Below, piece by piece: positions 1 through 9,884 of a stretch of DNA of 32,000 nt (position 1 is the stretch's first letter; every line of letters starts with the position of its first letter). The translations under genes were made by a program, and so were the position numbers. Below the pieces are notes generated by a model that had not been told where the DNA came from, did not search any database, and saw only the letters and a list, made by a program, of their open reading frames with translations. The DNA comes from Mycolicibacterium smegmatis (GTDB lineage Bacteria; Actinomycetota; Actinomycetes; Mycobacteriales; Mycobacteriaceae). The stretch spans positions 5,970,001 to 6,002,000 of the forward strand of contig NZ_LN831039.1 in the NCBI RefSeq assembly GCF_001457595.1, given 5' to 3'.

Positions 1-391
1 GGTGGACCGCGATGACCGCGTCCCACTCCTCGTCGGTCATGTTGAACAGGATGCGGTCGCGTGTGATGCCCGCGTTGTTGACGACGATGCCGAGCCCGCC
101 GAGGCCGTCCGCGGTCTCGACGAGCTCGTCGGCCGTGGACCGCGCGCTGATGTCACCCGCGACGGCGACACCCTTGGATCCGGCCGCGGCGATCTCGTCG
201 AGCACGTCGGAGCGGTCCAGCGCGCCCGCGATGTCGTTGACCACGACGGTGGCGCCGGCCCTGGCCAGTCCGATCGCCTCGGCCCGGCCGAGGCCCGCGG
301 CGGCGCCGGTGACGACGGCGACCTTTCCGGACAGGTCGAGATCGGCCCCTCGATCGGGCCCGGTGTCGGAGGGGTGGCTGTCGTTGGTCAT
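1..391 (-). CDS. hsd4A: Short-chain dehydrogenase/reductase (Hsd4A-like), truncated at window edge
   Basis: Reverse-strand reading from ATG at 391 gives MTNDSHPSDTGPDRGADLDLSGKVAVVTGAAAGLGRAEAIGLARAGATVVVNDIA...IVVNNAGITRD: classic SDR TGxxxGxG and NNAG motifs. Adjacent to fdxD and fadE26 as in the M. tuberculosis Rv3502c-Rv3504 arrangement. Confidence 0.85.
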   Translation of the reverse strand, partial: MTNDSHPSDTGPDRGADLDLSGKVAVVTGAAAGLGRAEAIGLARAGATVVVNDIAGALDRSDVLDEIAAAGSKGVAVAGDISARSTADELVETADGLGGLGIVVNNAGITRDRILFNMTDEEWDAVIAVH

Positions 392-433
392 GCGGCTCCT
401 CGCGTGCGCGGCTGGGTCAATTTATGAATACCT

Positions 434-625
434 CTAGTCTTTGCGGATCAGCGCGGCCCGGGGGCACTCGTTGACCGCCTGCTCGGCCAGATCCTCCTGA
501 TCGGCGGGCACCGGATCGGATTTCACCACGGCGTAGTCCTCGTCGTCGAGTTCGAACAGATCCGGGGCAATTCCCACGCACACTGCGTTTCCCTCGCAGC
601 GATCGCGGTCAACTTCAACTCGCAT
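434..625 (-). CDS. fdxD: Small 3Fe-4S/4Fe-4S-type ferredoxin
   Basis: ORF MRVEVDRDRCEGNAVCVGIAPDLFELDDEDYAVVKSDPVPADQEDLAEQAVNECPRAALIRKD with CX5C...C cysteine pattern; purine-rich SD (ggaggt on minus strand) just upstream; position next to fadE26. Confidence 0.85.
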   Translation of the reverse strand: MRVEVDRDRCEGNAVCVGIAPDLFELDDEDYAVVKSDPVPADQEDLAEQAVNECPRAALIRKD

Positions 626-731
626 GACGACCTCCTCACGGCGTGTGCGCGCACCGGTCTGGCGGCGCGCAGGCACAGAATACGACCCGATCCGGCCGAT
701 GGTGGCCAGACACCGGTCTGGACCCCAAGAC

Positions 732-745
732 TAGAACGTGTTACA
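732..745. promoter_or_regulatory. KstR operator TAGAACGTGTTACA
   Basis: Exact fit to TNNAACNNGTTNNA in the divergent fdxD/fadE26 intergenic region. Confidence 0.88.
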
Positions 746-789
746 ACCGGGTGAGAAGTCAGGTCGCTTGAGCAGTGAGGATGCAGCGG

Positions 790-1968
<1,179 letters not shown>

Positions 1969-1987
1969 GGGAAGACGGAGACTTCAC

Positions 1988-3085
1988 ATGGACTTCACCA
2001 CAACCGAAGCGGCCGCCGATCTCGGTGGCCTGGTGCGCACGATCACCGAATCGGTGTGCACACCCGAACACCAGCGTGAACTCGACGGCCTGCCCGAGCG
2101 GTTCGACCGCGACCTGTGGGCCAAACTCGTCGAGGCCGACATCCTCTCGGCCGCGGCACCCGAATCCGTCGGCGGTGGCGGATTCGGTGTCCTGGAACAG
2201 ACCTCGGTGCTCACCGCGCTGGGCCGGCAACTTGCCGCCGTGCCCTACCTGGAATCCGTGGTGGCCGCGGCGGGTGCGATCGCCGAGTTCGGCTCCGACG
2301 CGCAGCGCGCCGAGTGGGGCGCACCCGCGGTGGCCGGGAGCAAGATCCTCACCGTGGCCCTCGACGGCGAGATGGGCCAGGGTCCGGTGCAGGCGCAGGC
2401 CGACGGCGACGACCATCGGCTGACCGGTTCGCGCACGCTGGTGAGCTACGGCCCGGTCGCCGATGCCTACCTGGTCCCGGCCGAAACCGGCTCGGGTGTC
2501 AGCGTTTTCATCGTCGCGGCCGATGATGCCGGGGTCACCGAGACGTCGCTGAACACCACGGGCAAGGGCAGCGTCGCGCACCTGGACCTGCAGGATGTCG
2601 CCGTCGGTGCCGACCGTGTGCTGGGCGGCACGCAGGTCGCCGAGTGGTTGACGACGCGTGTGACGCTGGGCCGCACCGCATACCAGTTGGGTGTGCTGGA
2701 ACGCGCGCTGGAGCTCACGGCGTCCTACGCGCGCGAACGTGAGCAGTTCGACCGCCCGATCGGCAGCTTCCAGGCGGTCTCGTCACGGCTGGCCGACGGC
2801 TACATCGACGTCAAGGGTCTGCGGCTCACGCTCACCCAGGCGGCGTGGCGGCTGTCGGAGGACCTGCCCGCCGACGTCGACGTCGCCAGCGCGGCGTTCT
2901 GGGCCGCCGAGGCCGGACACCGCGTGGCCCACACCGCCGTTCACGTGCACGGCGGCGTCGGCATCGACATGGATCACCCGGTGCACCGCTACTTCCTGGC
3001 CGCCAAGCAGTCCGAGTTCGCGCTCGGCAGCGCGACCGGTCAGTTGCTGCGTATCGGCCGCGAACTGGCCGACACGCCCGTCTAG
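1988..3085 (+). CDS. fadE27: Acyl-CoA dehydrogenase (FadE27, ChsE5-like subunit)
   Basis: MDFTTTEAAADLGGLVRTITESVCTPEHQ...HVHGGVGIDMDHPVHRYFLAAKQSEFALGSATGQL; directly downstream of fadE26, as expected for a heteromeric ACAD pair. Confidence 0.9.
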   Translation: MDFTTTEAAADLGGLVRTITESVCTPEHQRELDGLPERFDRDLWAKLVEADILSAAAPESVGGGGFGVLEQTSVLTALGRQLAAVPYLESVVAAAGAIAEFGSDAQRAEWGAPAVAGSKILTVALDGEMGQGPVQAQADGDDHRLTGSRTLVSYGPVADAYLVPAETGSGVSVFIVAADDAGVTETSLNTTGKGSVAHLDLQDVAVGADRVLGGTQVAEWLTTRVTLGRTAYQLGVLERALELTASYAREREQFDRPIGSFQAVSSRLADGYIDVKGLRLTLTQAAWRLSEDLPADVDVASAAFWAAEAGHRVAHTAVHVHGGVGIDMDHPVHRYFLAAKQSEFALGSATGQLLRIGRELADTPV

Positions 3086-3087
3086 GG

Positions 3088-4632
3088 ATGACCGAAACCA
3101 TCGATCCGCAGACCGTCACGGCTCTGCTCGCACCACTGGCCGACGTCACCGACCGTGGTGTGCACGAGGGTGATTCGTTCGTCAGCTGGTCCGAGCACAT
3201 CACCGCGGGTGCCCAGGTGGGCGCGGCGCTGCGCGCCCGCCTGGACCCGCAGCGGCCCGGCCACGTCGGGGTGCTGCTGGGCAACACCACGTTCTTCTCG
3301 AGTCTTCTGGTGGCGGCGGGCCTGACCGGGTTGGTGCCCGTGGGCCTCAACCCCACCCGCCGGGGCGAGGCGTTGCGGCGCGACATCGTGCGGGCCGACT
3401 GCCAGGTGGTGCTCACCGACACCCCCGACCTGGTGCCCGCGGGGATGAACGAGGTGCCCGTCATCGACGTCGAATCCGCCGACTGGGCCGCCGAACTCGA
3501 CGCCCACCGGGGTGCGCCGGTGCGGTTCGCCGCCACACGCGCCGATGACCTGTTCATGCTGATCTTCACCTCGGGCACCAGCGGTGAACCCAAGGCCGTA
3601 CGGGTCACACACGACAAGGTCGCGTTTCCCGGCCGGATGCTGGCCGAGCGGTTCGGACTCGCCCCTTCCGACACCGCATACCTGTCGATGCCGCTTTTCC
3701 ATTCGAACGCGATCATGGCCGGGTGGTCCGTCGCGGTCGCCGCGGGTGCGTCGATCGCGCTGCGCCGCAAGTTCTCCGCGTCGGGGTTCATCGAGGACGT
3801 ACGCCGCTACGGCGCCACGTACGCCAACTACGTCGGCAAGCCGCTGTCCTACATCCTGGCCACCGACCCGCGCCCCGACGATGCCGACAACCCGTTGAAG
3901 ATCCTGTACGGCAATGAAGGTGCGGCCCGCGACCTGCAGCGGTTCGCCGAACGGTTCGGCGTCCATGTCGTCGACGGTTTCGGGTCCACCGAGGGCGGTG
4001 TCGCCGTCGCCCGCACCCCCGACACCCCGGACGGCGCCCTGGGTCCGCTGACCGATCAGGTTGCGATCATCGACGTCGACACCGGCGAACCGTGCCCGCC
4101 GGGCCGCGTCGGGGAACTCGTGAATCCCACCGGTCCGGGATGGTTCCGCGGTTACTACAACGATCCGCAGGCCGAAGCCGAGCGCATGGCCGGCGGTGTC
4201 TACCACACCGGTGACCTCGCCTATCGCGACGAGAACGGCTACGTGTACTTCGCAGGCCGCCTCGGTGACTGGATGCGCGTCGACGGCGAGAACCTCGGCA
4301 CCGCGCCCATCGAGCGGATCCTGCTGCGCCATCCCGGGATCGTCGAGGTGGCGGTGTACCCCATCCCGGATCCCGCGGTGGGCGATCAGGTGATGGCCGC
4401 CGTCGTACCGGCCCCGGGATCCGTGCTGGACCCCGGGCAGTTGGGCGAGTTCCTCGCCGCCCAGGACGATCTCGGCCCCAAGCAGTGGCCGTCCTACGTG
4501 CGGGTGAGCACCGAGCTGCCCCGTACCGAGACCTTCAAGGTGCTCAAGCGGCAACTGTCCGCCGAAGGTATCGACTGCACCGATCCGGTGTGGCCCATCG
4601 TGCGCGGAGCGCGCACGAACACGACTGCGTGA
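3088..4632 (+). CDS. fadD17: Fatty-acid/steroid acyl-CoA synthetase (FadD17-like)
   Basis: ATG at 3088 two bases after the fadE27 stop; AMP-binding motif FTSGTSGEPKAVRVTH and GDLAYRDENGYVYFAGRLGDWMRVDGEN. Confidence 0.88.
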   Translation: MTETIDPQTVTALLAPLADVTDRGVHEGDSFVSWSEHITAGAQVGAALRARLDPQRPGHVGVLLGNTTFFSSLLVAAGLTGLVPVGLNPTRRGEALRRDIVRADCQVVLTDTPDLVPAGMNEVPVIDVESADWAAELDAHRGAPVRFAATRADDLFMLIFTSGTSGEPKAVRVTHDKVAFPGRMLAERFGLAPSDTAYLSMPLFHSNAIMAGWSVAVAAGASIALRRKFSASGFIEDVRRYGATYANYVGKPLSYILATDPRPDDADNPLKILYGNEGAARDLQRFAERFGVHVVDGFGSTEGGVAVARTPDTPDGALGPLTDQVAIIDVDTGEPCPPGRVGELVNPTGPGWFRGYYNDPQAEAERMAGGVYHTGDLAYRDENGYVYFAGRLGDWMRVDGENLGTAPIERILLRHPGIVEVAVYPIPDPAVGDQVMAAVVPAPGSVLDPGQLGEFLAAQDDLGPKQWPSYVRVSTELPRTETFKVLKRQLSAEGIDCTDPVWPIVRGARTNTTA

Positions 4633-5618
4633 GTGAGGAATCCGTGCGAATTGCAGTGACCGGTGGCACCGGCTACGTGGGTGCCCACACCGTCCGCGGC
4701 CTCTTGACGGCCGGCCACGAGGTGCGGCTTCTCGTCGCACCCGGGTGCGAAGGCGAGCCGGTGATCGACAAGCTGGCCGAGGCCGGTGAGGTCGAGACCC
4801 TCGTGGGCGACATCCGCGATTCCGGCACCGTCGACCGGCTGATCAAGGGCTGCGATTCGGTGATCCATGCCGCGGGTGTGGTGGGCACCGACAAGAGCCG
4901 CACGCAGCTCATGTGGGAGATCAACGCGCACGCCACCGAGGCCGTGCTGATCCGCGCGGCCGAGGCCGGGCTGGACCCCATCGTGTCGGTGAGCAGCTAC
5001 AGTTCGCTGTTCCCGCCGCCCGACGGCGTCATCTCGGCCGACACGCCGCCGGTGGCCGGGCGCAGCCCGTACGCGCAGACCAAGGCGTACGCGGACCGCG
5101 CCGCCCGGCGCCTGCAGGACACCGGCGCCCCCGTCGTGGTGACCTACCCGTCGAGCGTGGTGGGGCCGGCATGGTTCACCGCGCCCGGCGTGACCGAACG
5201 CGGCTGGGGACCGATCGTGAAGGCACGGGTCGCACCGAGACTGCGCGGCGGGATGCAGATGATCGACGTGCGCGACGTCGCCGACGTGCACGTCGCGTTG
5301 ATGAAGCCGGGACGTGGCCCGCACCGCTACGTGTGCGGCGGTGTCCTGGTGTCGTTCAACGAGTGGATCGACGTCCTCGAACAGGGCGTCGGCCGGCCGA
5401 TCCGGCGGGTTCCGTTGTCACCTGCGATGTTCCGCGGTATCGGCTGGATCTCTGATGTGCTCGGCAGCGTGCTGCCGCTCGGTGACGGCATCAGTTACGA
5501 GGCCGCGATGCTGCTCACCGCGGCGACGCCCACCGACGACGCCAAGACGCTCGCCGATCTCGGGATCCCGGCGTGGCGTTCGCCCCAGGCCGCGGTGCTG
5601 GAGTCCTTCGGCCGCTGA
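4629..5618 (+). CDS. NAD-dependent epimerase/dehydratase-type extended SDR
   Basis: RIAVTGGTGYVGAHTVRGLLTAGHEVRLLV...HAAGVVG; GTG at 4629 overlaps the fadD17 TGA (alternative GTG at 4644). Confidence 0.8.
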   Translation: MSEESVRIAVTGGTGYVGAHTVRGLLTAGHEVRLLVAPGCEGEPVIDKLAEAGEVETLVGDIRDSGTVDRLIKGCDSVIHAAGVVGTDKSRTQLMWEINAHATEAVLIRAAEAGLDPIVSVSSYSSLFPPPDGVISADTPPVAGRSPYAQTKAYADRAARRLQDTGAPVVVTYPSSVVGPAWFTAPGVTERGWGPIVKARVAPRLRGGMQMIDVRDVADVHVALMKPGRGPHRYVCGGVLVSFNEWIDVLEQGVGRPIRRVPLSPAMFRGIGWISDVLGSVLPLGDGISYEAAMLLTAATPTDDAKTLADLGIPAWRSPQAAVLESFGR

Positions 5619-5638
5619 TACGGGGTAGCGTTCGATTC

Positions 5639-6373
5639 GTGAGCTATCGCGAGCAGGCTCCCCCGCCGCCGCTGCGCGATCTGGTCGTGTGCAGTTGGGA
5701 ACGCAGCGGACCGGCCACACCTGCACGCGTGCTGCCGGACGGCTGCATGGATCTGATCCGTCTGGACGGGCGAGTGGTGGTCGCGGGCCCCGACACCACG
5801 GCATACCTGGCCGCCGCCAGCCCAGACCCCGTGCGCGGGTTGCGTTTCCGGCCCGGTGCGCTCCCCCGCGTGCTCGGCGTCCCGGCCGCCGAACTACGCG
5901 ACACGCGCGTGGACCTCCACGACCTGCGGACCGTGCCCTCGTGTGACTCACTCGAAACGCTGGCCCTGACCCTCGCTTCGGACCTGGCCCCGCCGCGCAG
6001 CGAGACCGCGCCGTGGTCGCTGGCCGCGCTGCGGCACGTCACGCGCCGCTTCGCCGACGGCGCCGCTGTCGACGACGTCGCGGACGACCTCGGTTGGTCG
6101 GACCGCACCCTGCACCGCCACTGCACCAGCGTCTACGGCTACGGGCCCGCGATGTTGCGTCGTGTCCTGCGGTTCCGTCGCGCGGTGCGACTGCTCGGCA
6201 GCGGTACGGGATTGTCCGACGTGGCCGCGCAGTCCGGTTACGCCGACCAGCCCCATCTGCACCGTGAGGTGCGCGCGCTCGCGCGTGTCGGGGTGCGAGA
6301 GTTGCTCGGTCAGGTGTCCAGCGCCGCGAACAGGTCCACCGACGTGCCGTCGGGATCCTCGACGGTCGCGTAG
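5639..6373 (+). CDS. AraC-family helix-turn-helix transcriptional regulator
   Basis: GTG at 5639; N-terminal VLPDGCMDLI...VVAGPDT and C-terminal AraC HTH (VDDVADDLGWSDRTLHRHCTSVYGYGPAMLRRVLRFRRAVRLLGSGTGLSDVAAQSGYADQPHLHREVRALARVGVRELL). Confidence 0.8.
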   Translation: MSYREQAPPPPLRDLVVCSWERSGPATPARVLPDGCMDLIRLDGRVVVAGPDTTAYLAAASPDPVRGLRFRPGALPRVLGVPAAELRDTRVDLHDLRTVPSCDSLETLALTLASDLAPPRSETAPWSLAALRHVTRRFADGAAVDDVADDLGWSDRTLHRHCTSVYGYGPAMLRRVLRFRRAVRLLGSGTGLSDVAAQSGYADQPHLHREVRALARVGVRELLGQVSSAANRSTDVPSGSSTVA

Positions 6374-6705
6374 CGCTGCCCCCACGGCGCGTCGAACGGC
6401 TTGAGGGTGCCGGGGTGACCGGCCCCGGTGACGCGTTCGTACAGCGCGTCGACGTCGCCCGGCGCGGCGAGCCCGAACGCGATCGCGACGCGGCCAGCAG
6501 ACGAGGGCCTGGTCCAGCCCGGGTGCATACCGGCGATCACCTCCTCGGTGTCGAAGGCCAGCTTGTTGCCGCCGGGCAGCGCCACCTCGACGTGCGGACC
6601 GTCGGGCTCGGGCACGTCCAGGCCGAGCAGCCGGTAGAAGTCGAGGCTTCGGTCGAGATCTGTCGCGACGATCTCGATGACCGCCGATATCGGTTGAAGT
6701 GCCAT
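6310..6705 (-). CDS. VOC (glyoxalase/bleomycin-resistance-like) family protein
   Basis: MALQPISAVIEIVATDLDRSLDFYRLLGLDVPEPDGPHVEV...YATVEDPDGTSVDLFAAL; typical VOC N- and C-terminal motifs. Overlaps the 3' end of the convergent AraC gene by 64 bp. Confidence 0.8.
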   Translation of the reverse strand: MALQPISAVIEIVATDLDRSLDFYRLLGLDVPEPDGPHVEVALPGGNKLAFDTEEVIAGMHPGWTRPSSAGRVAIAFGLAAPGDVDALYERVTGAGHPGTLKPFDAPWGQRYATVEDPDGTSVDLFAALDT

Positions 6706-6719
6706 ATCCGCAGGTTAGA

Positions 6720-8260
6720 CATCCCAGGTGCGTAAGTTGTCAAGCGGCGGCAGGTGTGCGGTGTGCCCAGGCTTTGTGTTCGTCGTAGCGGGTCCGGTGG
6801 CGTAGGCAACCGTGCAGGATGCCGACGAGGCGGTTGCCCAGAGCCCGCAGTGCTTGGTGATGGAGGTCGCCTTCAGCGCGGCGATGGTCGTAGAACTGTC
6901 GAGCTCCGGGACTTCGGGTTAGCGCGCAGAAGGCCCACTGGTCGATCGCGTCGTAGAGCCGACGGTTGCGGATGTGGCGGGCCAGTACGGCGCGCTTCCT
7001 GCCGGACGCAATGGTCAATGGCGAGGTTCCGGCGTAGTTTTTGCGACACTTGGCGTTGGTGTATCGGTTCGGGTCGTCCCCGAACTCACCGAGCACCCGG
7101 GCGCCGAGGATGACACCAAGTCCTGGCAGGGAGCGGTAGATGTCGGCGTCCGGGTGCATCTCAAAATGCGCGGCCAGTTCGTTCTCCAGGTCGTCGATCT
7201 GACGACTCAACTCGACGACGAGCCCGACGGTGGCCCGCGTTGTCGCTGCGAACGCCGCGGTGACCGCAGCCGGTGCTGCGAGTTGTTCGGATCGTAGTGC
7301 GGCCTGGATCTCCTGGGCTCGGATGTCGATGTTGCGTTGGCGCCCAGCAGCTTTGAGTGCGGAGCGGATCTTGGCCAGGCTCAGGCTGGATGCTTGTCGG
7401 GGGTCGGGTGCATGTCCGAGGATCGCCAACGCGTCGCGGTCGGACAGATCGTCGAAGGCCTCCAGCGCCGCGGGGTAGTACTCGCGTAGTGCCGAGCGCA
7501 GTGCGTTGGTGTGCCGGTTGCGGGTCCAGATCAGATTCTGATGCGCCCGCGCGAGGACCTTGACCGCTTCGGCGTCGGGTGTGTCGCCGGCGATCAGACG
7601 GTGGTTGTGTCGGTCGGTGCGCACTAGATCGGCCAACAGCTTGGCGTCGGCGGCATCGGACTTGGCTCCCGACACCGCGTGGCGGTCGCGATAGCGGGCC
7701 ACAGCCAGCGGATTGACCGCGTACACCTGATAACCGGCGCCGGTCAGTGCCTCCACCCACAGTCCGCGGTCGGTTTCGATTCCGACGGCGACCTGAGCGG
7801 GGTCATCGGCGTGGGCCGCGATGAGATCGTGCAGTAGTCGAATTCCGGCCAGCCCCTCGGGCAGCCGCCGTGAGGCCAGCCTGTCGCCGGCCTCGTTCAT
7901 CAGGTACAGGTCGTGGTGGTCTTCTGCCCAGTCGTCTCCGACGAAGAGCATCGCATCGCCTCCTTGGCTCGATGTGGATGAAACCGTTCGAGCCGAAGGA
8001 CATCTGGCGGCGACCTAATGGATCAGTGCTCGAACCGGCACGACATCCCATGAGCGCTGTAGATGACCTCACCAACCGGCCGGGGCACGATCTAACCCTA
8101 GAAATCGACCATCGTTCCAGGCGGCAGGAGTGCTCACCGGCCAGCGGCTCGGTGATCAGCGTCCCCGCGCTGGACGGTTATCCGTTCGAGGCACGCCGAT
8201 CAACACCCATTAGGCGGGGCGTGGCGCGGTGTCGTGAACAAATCGGACAGCTCAGGGTTC
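6720..8260 (-). mobile_element. IS110-family insertion sequence (approximate extent; ends not resolved)
   Basis: Single DEDD transposase ORF with short downstream flank and ~370 bp non-coding upstream flank. IS110 elements lack obvious terminal inverted repeats, so boundaries are inferred only. Confidence 0.6.
6740..7951 (-). CDS. IS110-family transposase (DEDD)
   Basis: MLFVGDDWAEDHHDLYL...GIETDRGLWVEALTGAGYQVYAVNPLAVARYRDRHAVSGAKSDAADAKLLADLVR...YRSLPGLGVILGARVLGEFGDDPNRYTNAKCRKNYAGTSPLTIASG: N-terminal RuvC-like DEDD motif plus C-terminal transposase_20 region with conserved Ser. Confidence 0.93.
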   Translation of the reverse strand: MLFVGDDWAEDHHDLYLMNEAGDRLASRRLPEGLAGIRLLHDLIAAHADDPAQVAVGIETDRGLWVEALTGAGYQVYAVNPLAVARYRDRHAVSGAKSDAADAKLLADLVRTDRHNHRLIAGDTPDAEAVKVLARAHQNLIWTRNRHTNALRSALREYYPAALEAFDDLSDRDALAILGHAPDPRQASSLSLAKIRSALKAAGRQRNIDIRAQEIQAALRSEQLAAPAAVTAAFAATTRATVGLVVELSRQIDDLENELAAHFEMHPDADIYRSLPGLGVILGARVLGEFGDDPNRYTNAKCRKNYAGTSPLTIASGRKRAVLARHIRNRRLYDAIDQWAFCALTRSPGARQFYDHRRAEGDLHHQALRALGNRLVGILHGCLRHRTRYDEHKAWAHRTPAAA

Positions 8261-8327
8261 CTGCTACCCGCGTTCCCCGGTATGTTGGCCCTGATCGCTG
8301 GTTACTCGTCAGTAGGGAGGGTCAGAC

Positions 8328-9881
8328 ATGCCCGCTCCGTCCGCCGCCGACTTCGCTCGCCTGCGCAGCCTCGTCGCCATCGAAGACCTCGACGCACGCC
8401 AGTCGCGCCCGATCGAGGAGGTGTTCACGGGCCGTGAACTGACCACGATCCCCGTCGGCACGGCCGAGGACGTCGCCGCCGCGTTCGCCAAGGCGCGCGC
8501 CGCGCAGCGGGGCTGGGCGCACCGGCCCGTGGCCGAACGCGCCGCGATCATGGAACGCTTCCGCGACCTCGTCGCCAAGAACCGCGACTTCCTCATGGAC
8601 GTGGCACAGGCCGAGACCGGAAAGGCCCGCTCGGCGGCGCAGGAAGAGATCGTCGACATGATGCTCAACGCGCGCTACTACGCGCGTCAGGCCGTCAAAC
8701 TCCTTGCGCCCAAACGTGTCCAGGGCCTGCTGCCGGGTGTGGTGAAAACGGTCGTCAACCATCACCCCAAGGGCGTCGTCGGCGTGATCTCGCCGTGGAA
8801 CTACCCGATGGCGCTGTCGATCTCCGATTCGATCCCCGCGCTGCTCGCAGGCAACGCTGTGGTGGTCAAACCCGACAGCCAGACGCCCTACTGCACGCTG
8901 GCCAACGCCGAACTGCTCTACGAGGCCGGTCTGCCACGGGATCTGTTCGCGGTCGTGCCCGGCCCCGGTTCGGTGGTGGGCACCGCGATCGTCGAGAACT
9001 GCGACTACCTGATGTTCACGGGTTCCACGGCCACGGGACGCACGCTCGCCGAGCAGTGCGGGCGCAGGCTCATCGGGTTCTCGGCCGAACTCGGCGGCAA
9101 GAACCCGATGATCGTGACCAAGGGCGCCAAGCTCGACGTGGCGGCCAAGGCCGCGACGCGGGCGTGCTTCTCCAACGCCGGCCAGTTGTGCATCTCGATC
9201 GAACGCATCTACGTCGAACGTGCGGTCGCCGACGAGTTCACCGCCAAGTTCGGCGAACAGGTCCGCAGCATGAGGCTCGCCGCGACCTACGACTTCACCG
9301 CCGACATGGGCAGCCTGATCTCCGAGGACCAGATCAAGACCGTCTCGGGTCACGTCGACGACGCGAAAGCCAAGGGCGCCACCGTGATCGCGGGTGGCAA
9401 CATCCGGCCCGACATCGGCCCGCGGTTCTACGAGCCCACCGTGCTCACCGGCGTCACCGACGAGATGGAGTGCGCACGCAACGAGACGTTCGGCCCCGTG
9501 GTCTCGATCTATCCCGTCGAATCCGTCGCCGAGGCCATCGAGAAGGCCAACGACACCGAGTACGGGCTCAACGCCAGCGTGTGGGCCGGCAGCAAGGCCG
9601 AGGGTGAGGCCATCGCAGCGCAACTGCAGGCCGGCACCGTCAACGTCGACGAGGGCTACGCCCTGGCGTTCGGCAGCACGGCGGCACCGATGGGCGGCAT
9701 GAAGGCCTCCGGTGTGGGCCGCCGGCACGGGGCCGACGGCATCCTCAAATACACCGAATCCCAGACCGTCGCCACCGCGCGTGTGCTCAATCTCGATCCG
9801 CCGCTGGGCATCTCGGGCACGCTGTGGCAGAAGGCGATGACGCCCATGATCCGGGCCGTCCAGAAACTGCCCGGCCGCTAG
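8328..9881 (+). CDS. Aldehyde dehydrogenase, succinate-semialdehyde-dehydrogenase-like
   Basis: ATG at 8328 with SD gggaggg; FTGSTATGRTLAEQCGRRLIGFSAELGGKNPMIV, catalytic CFSNAGQLCISIERIYV, NDTEYGLNASVW. Confidence 0.9.
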   Translation: MPAPSAADFARLRSLVAIEDLDARQSRPIEEVFTGRELTTIPVGTAEDVAAAFAKARAAQRGWAHRPVAERAAIMERFRDLVAKNRDFLMDVAQAETGKARSAAQEEIVDMMLNARYYARQAVKLLAPKRVQGLLPGVVKTVVNHHPKGVVGVISPWNYPMALSISDSIPALLAGNAVVVKPDSQTPYCTLANAELLYEAGLPRDLFAVVPGPGSVVGTAIVENCDYLMFTGSTATGRTLAEQCGRRLIGFSAELGGKNPMIVTKGAKLDVAAKAATRACFSNAGQLCISIERIYVERAVADEFTAKFGEQVRSMRLAATYDFTADMGSLISEDQIKTVSGHVDDAKAKGATVIAGGNIRPDIGPRFYEPTVLTGVTDEMECARNETFGPVVSIYPVESVAEAIEKANDTEYGLNASVWAGSKAEGEAIAAQLQAGTVNVDEGYALAFGSTAAPMGGMKASGVGRRHGADGILKYTESQTVATARVLNLDPPLGISGTLWQKAMTPMIRAVQKLPGR

Positions 9882-9884
9882 AGG

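Noticed and set aside
3082-4740. 552-aa minus-strand ORF opposite fadD17
   Set aside because: Antisense artefact of codon bias; fadD17 on the plus strand has unambiguous AMP-binding motifs.
7870-8442. 190-aa plus-strand ORF spanning the IS110 flank and ALDH start
   Set aside because: No recognisable domain, overlaps the ALDH start out of frame, and lies across the non-coding flank of the IS element.
8322-9728. 468-aa minus-strand ORF opposite the aldehyde dehydrogenase
   Set aside because: Shadow ORF; the plus strand carries ALDH catalytic motifs and an SD.
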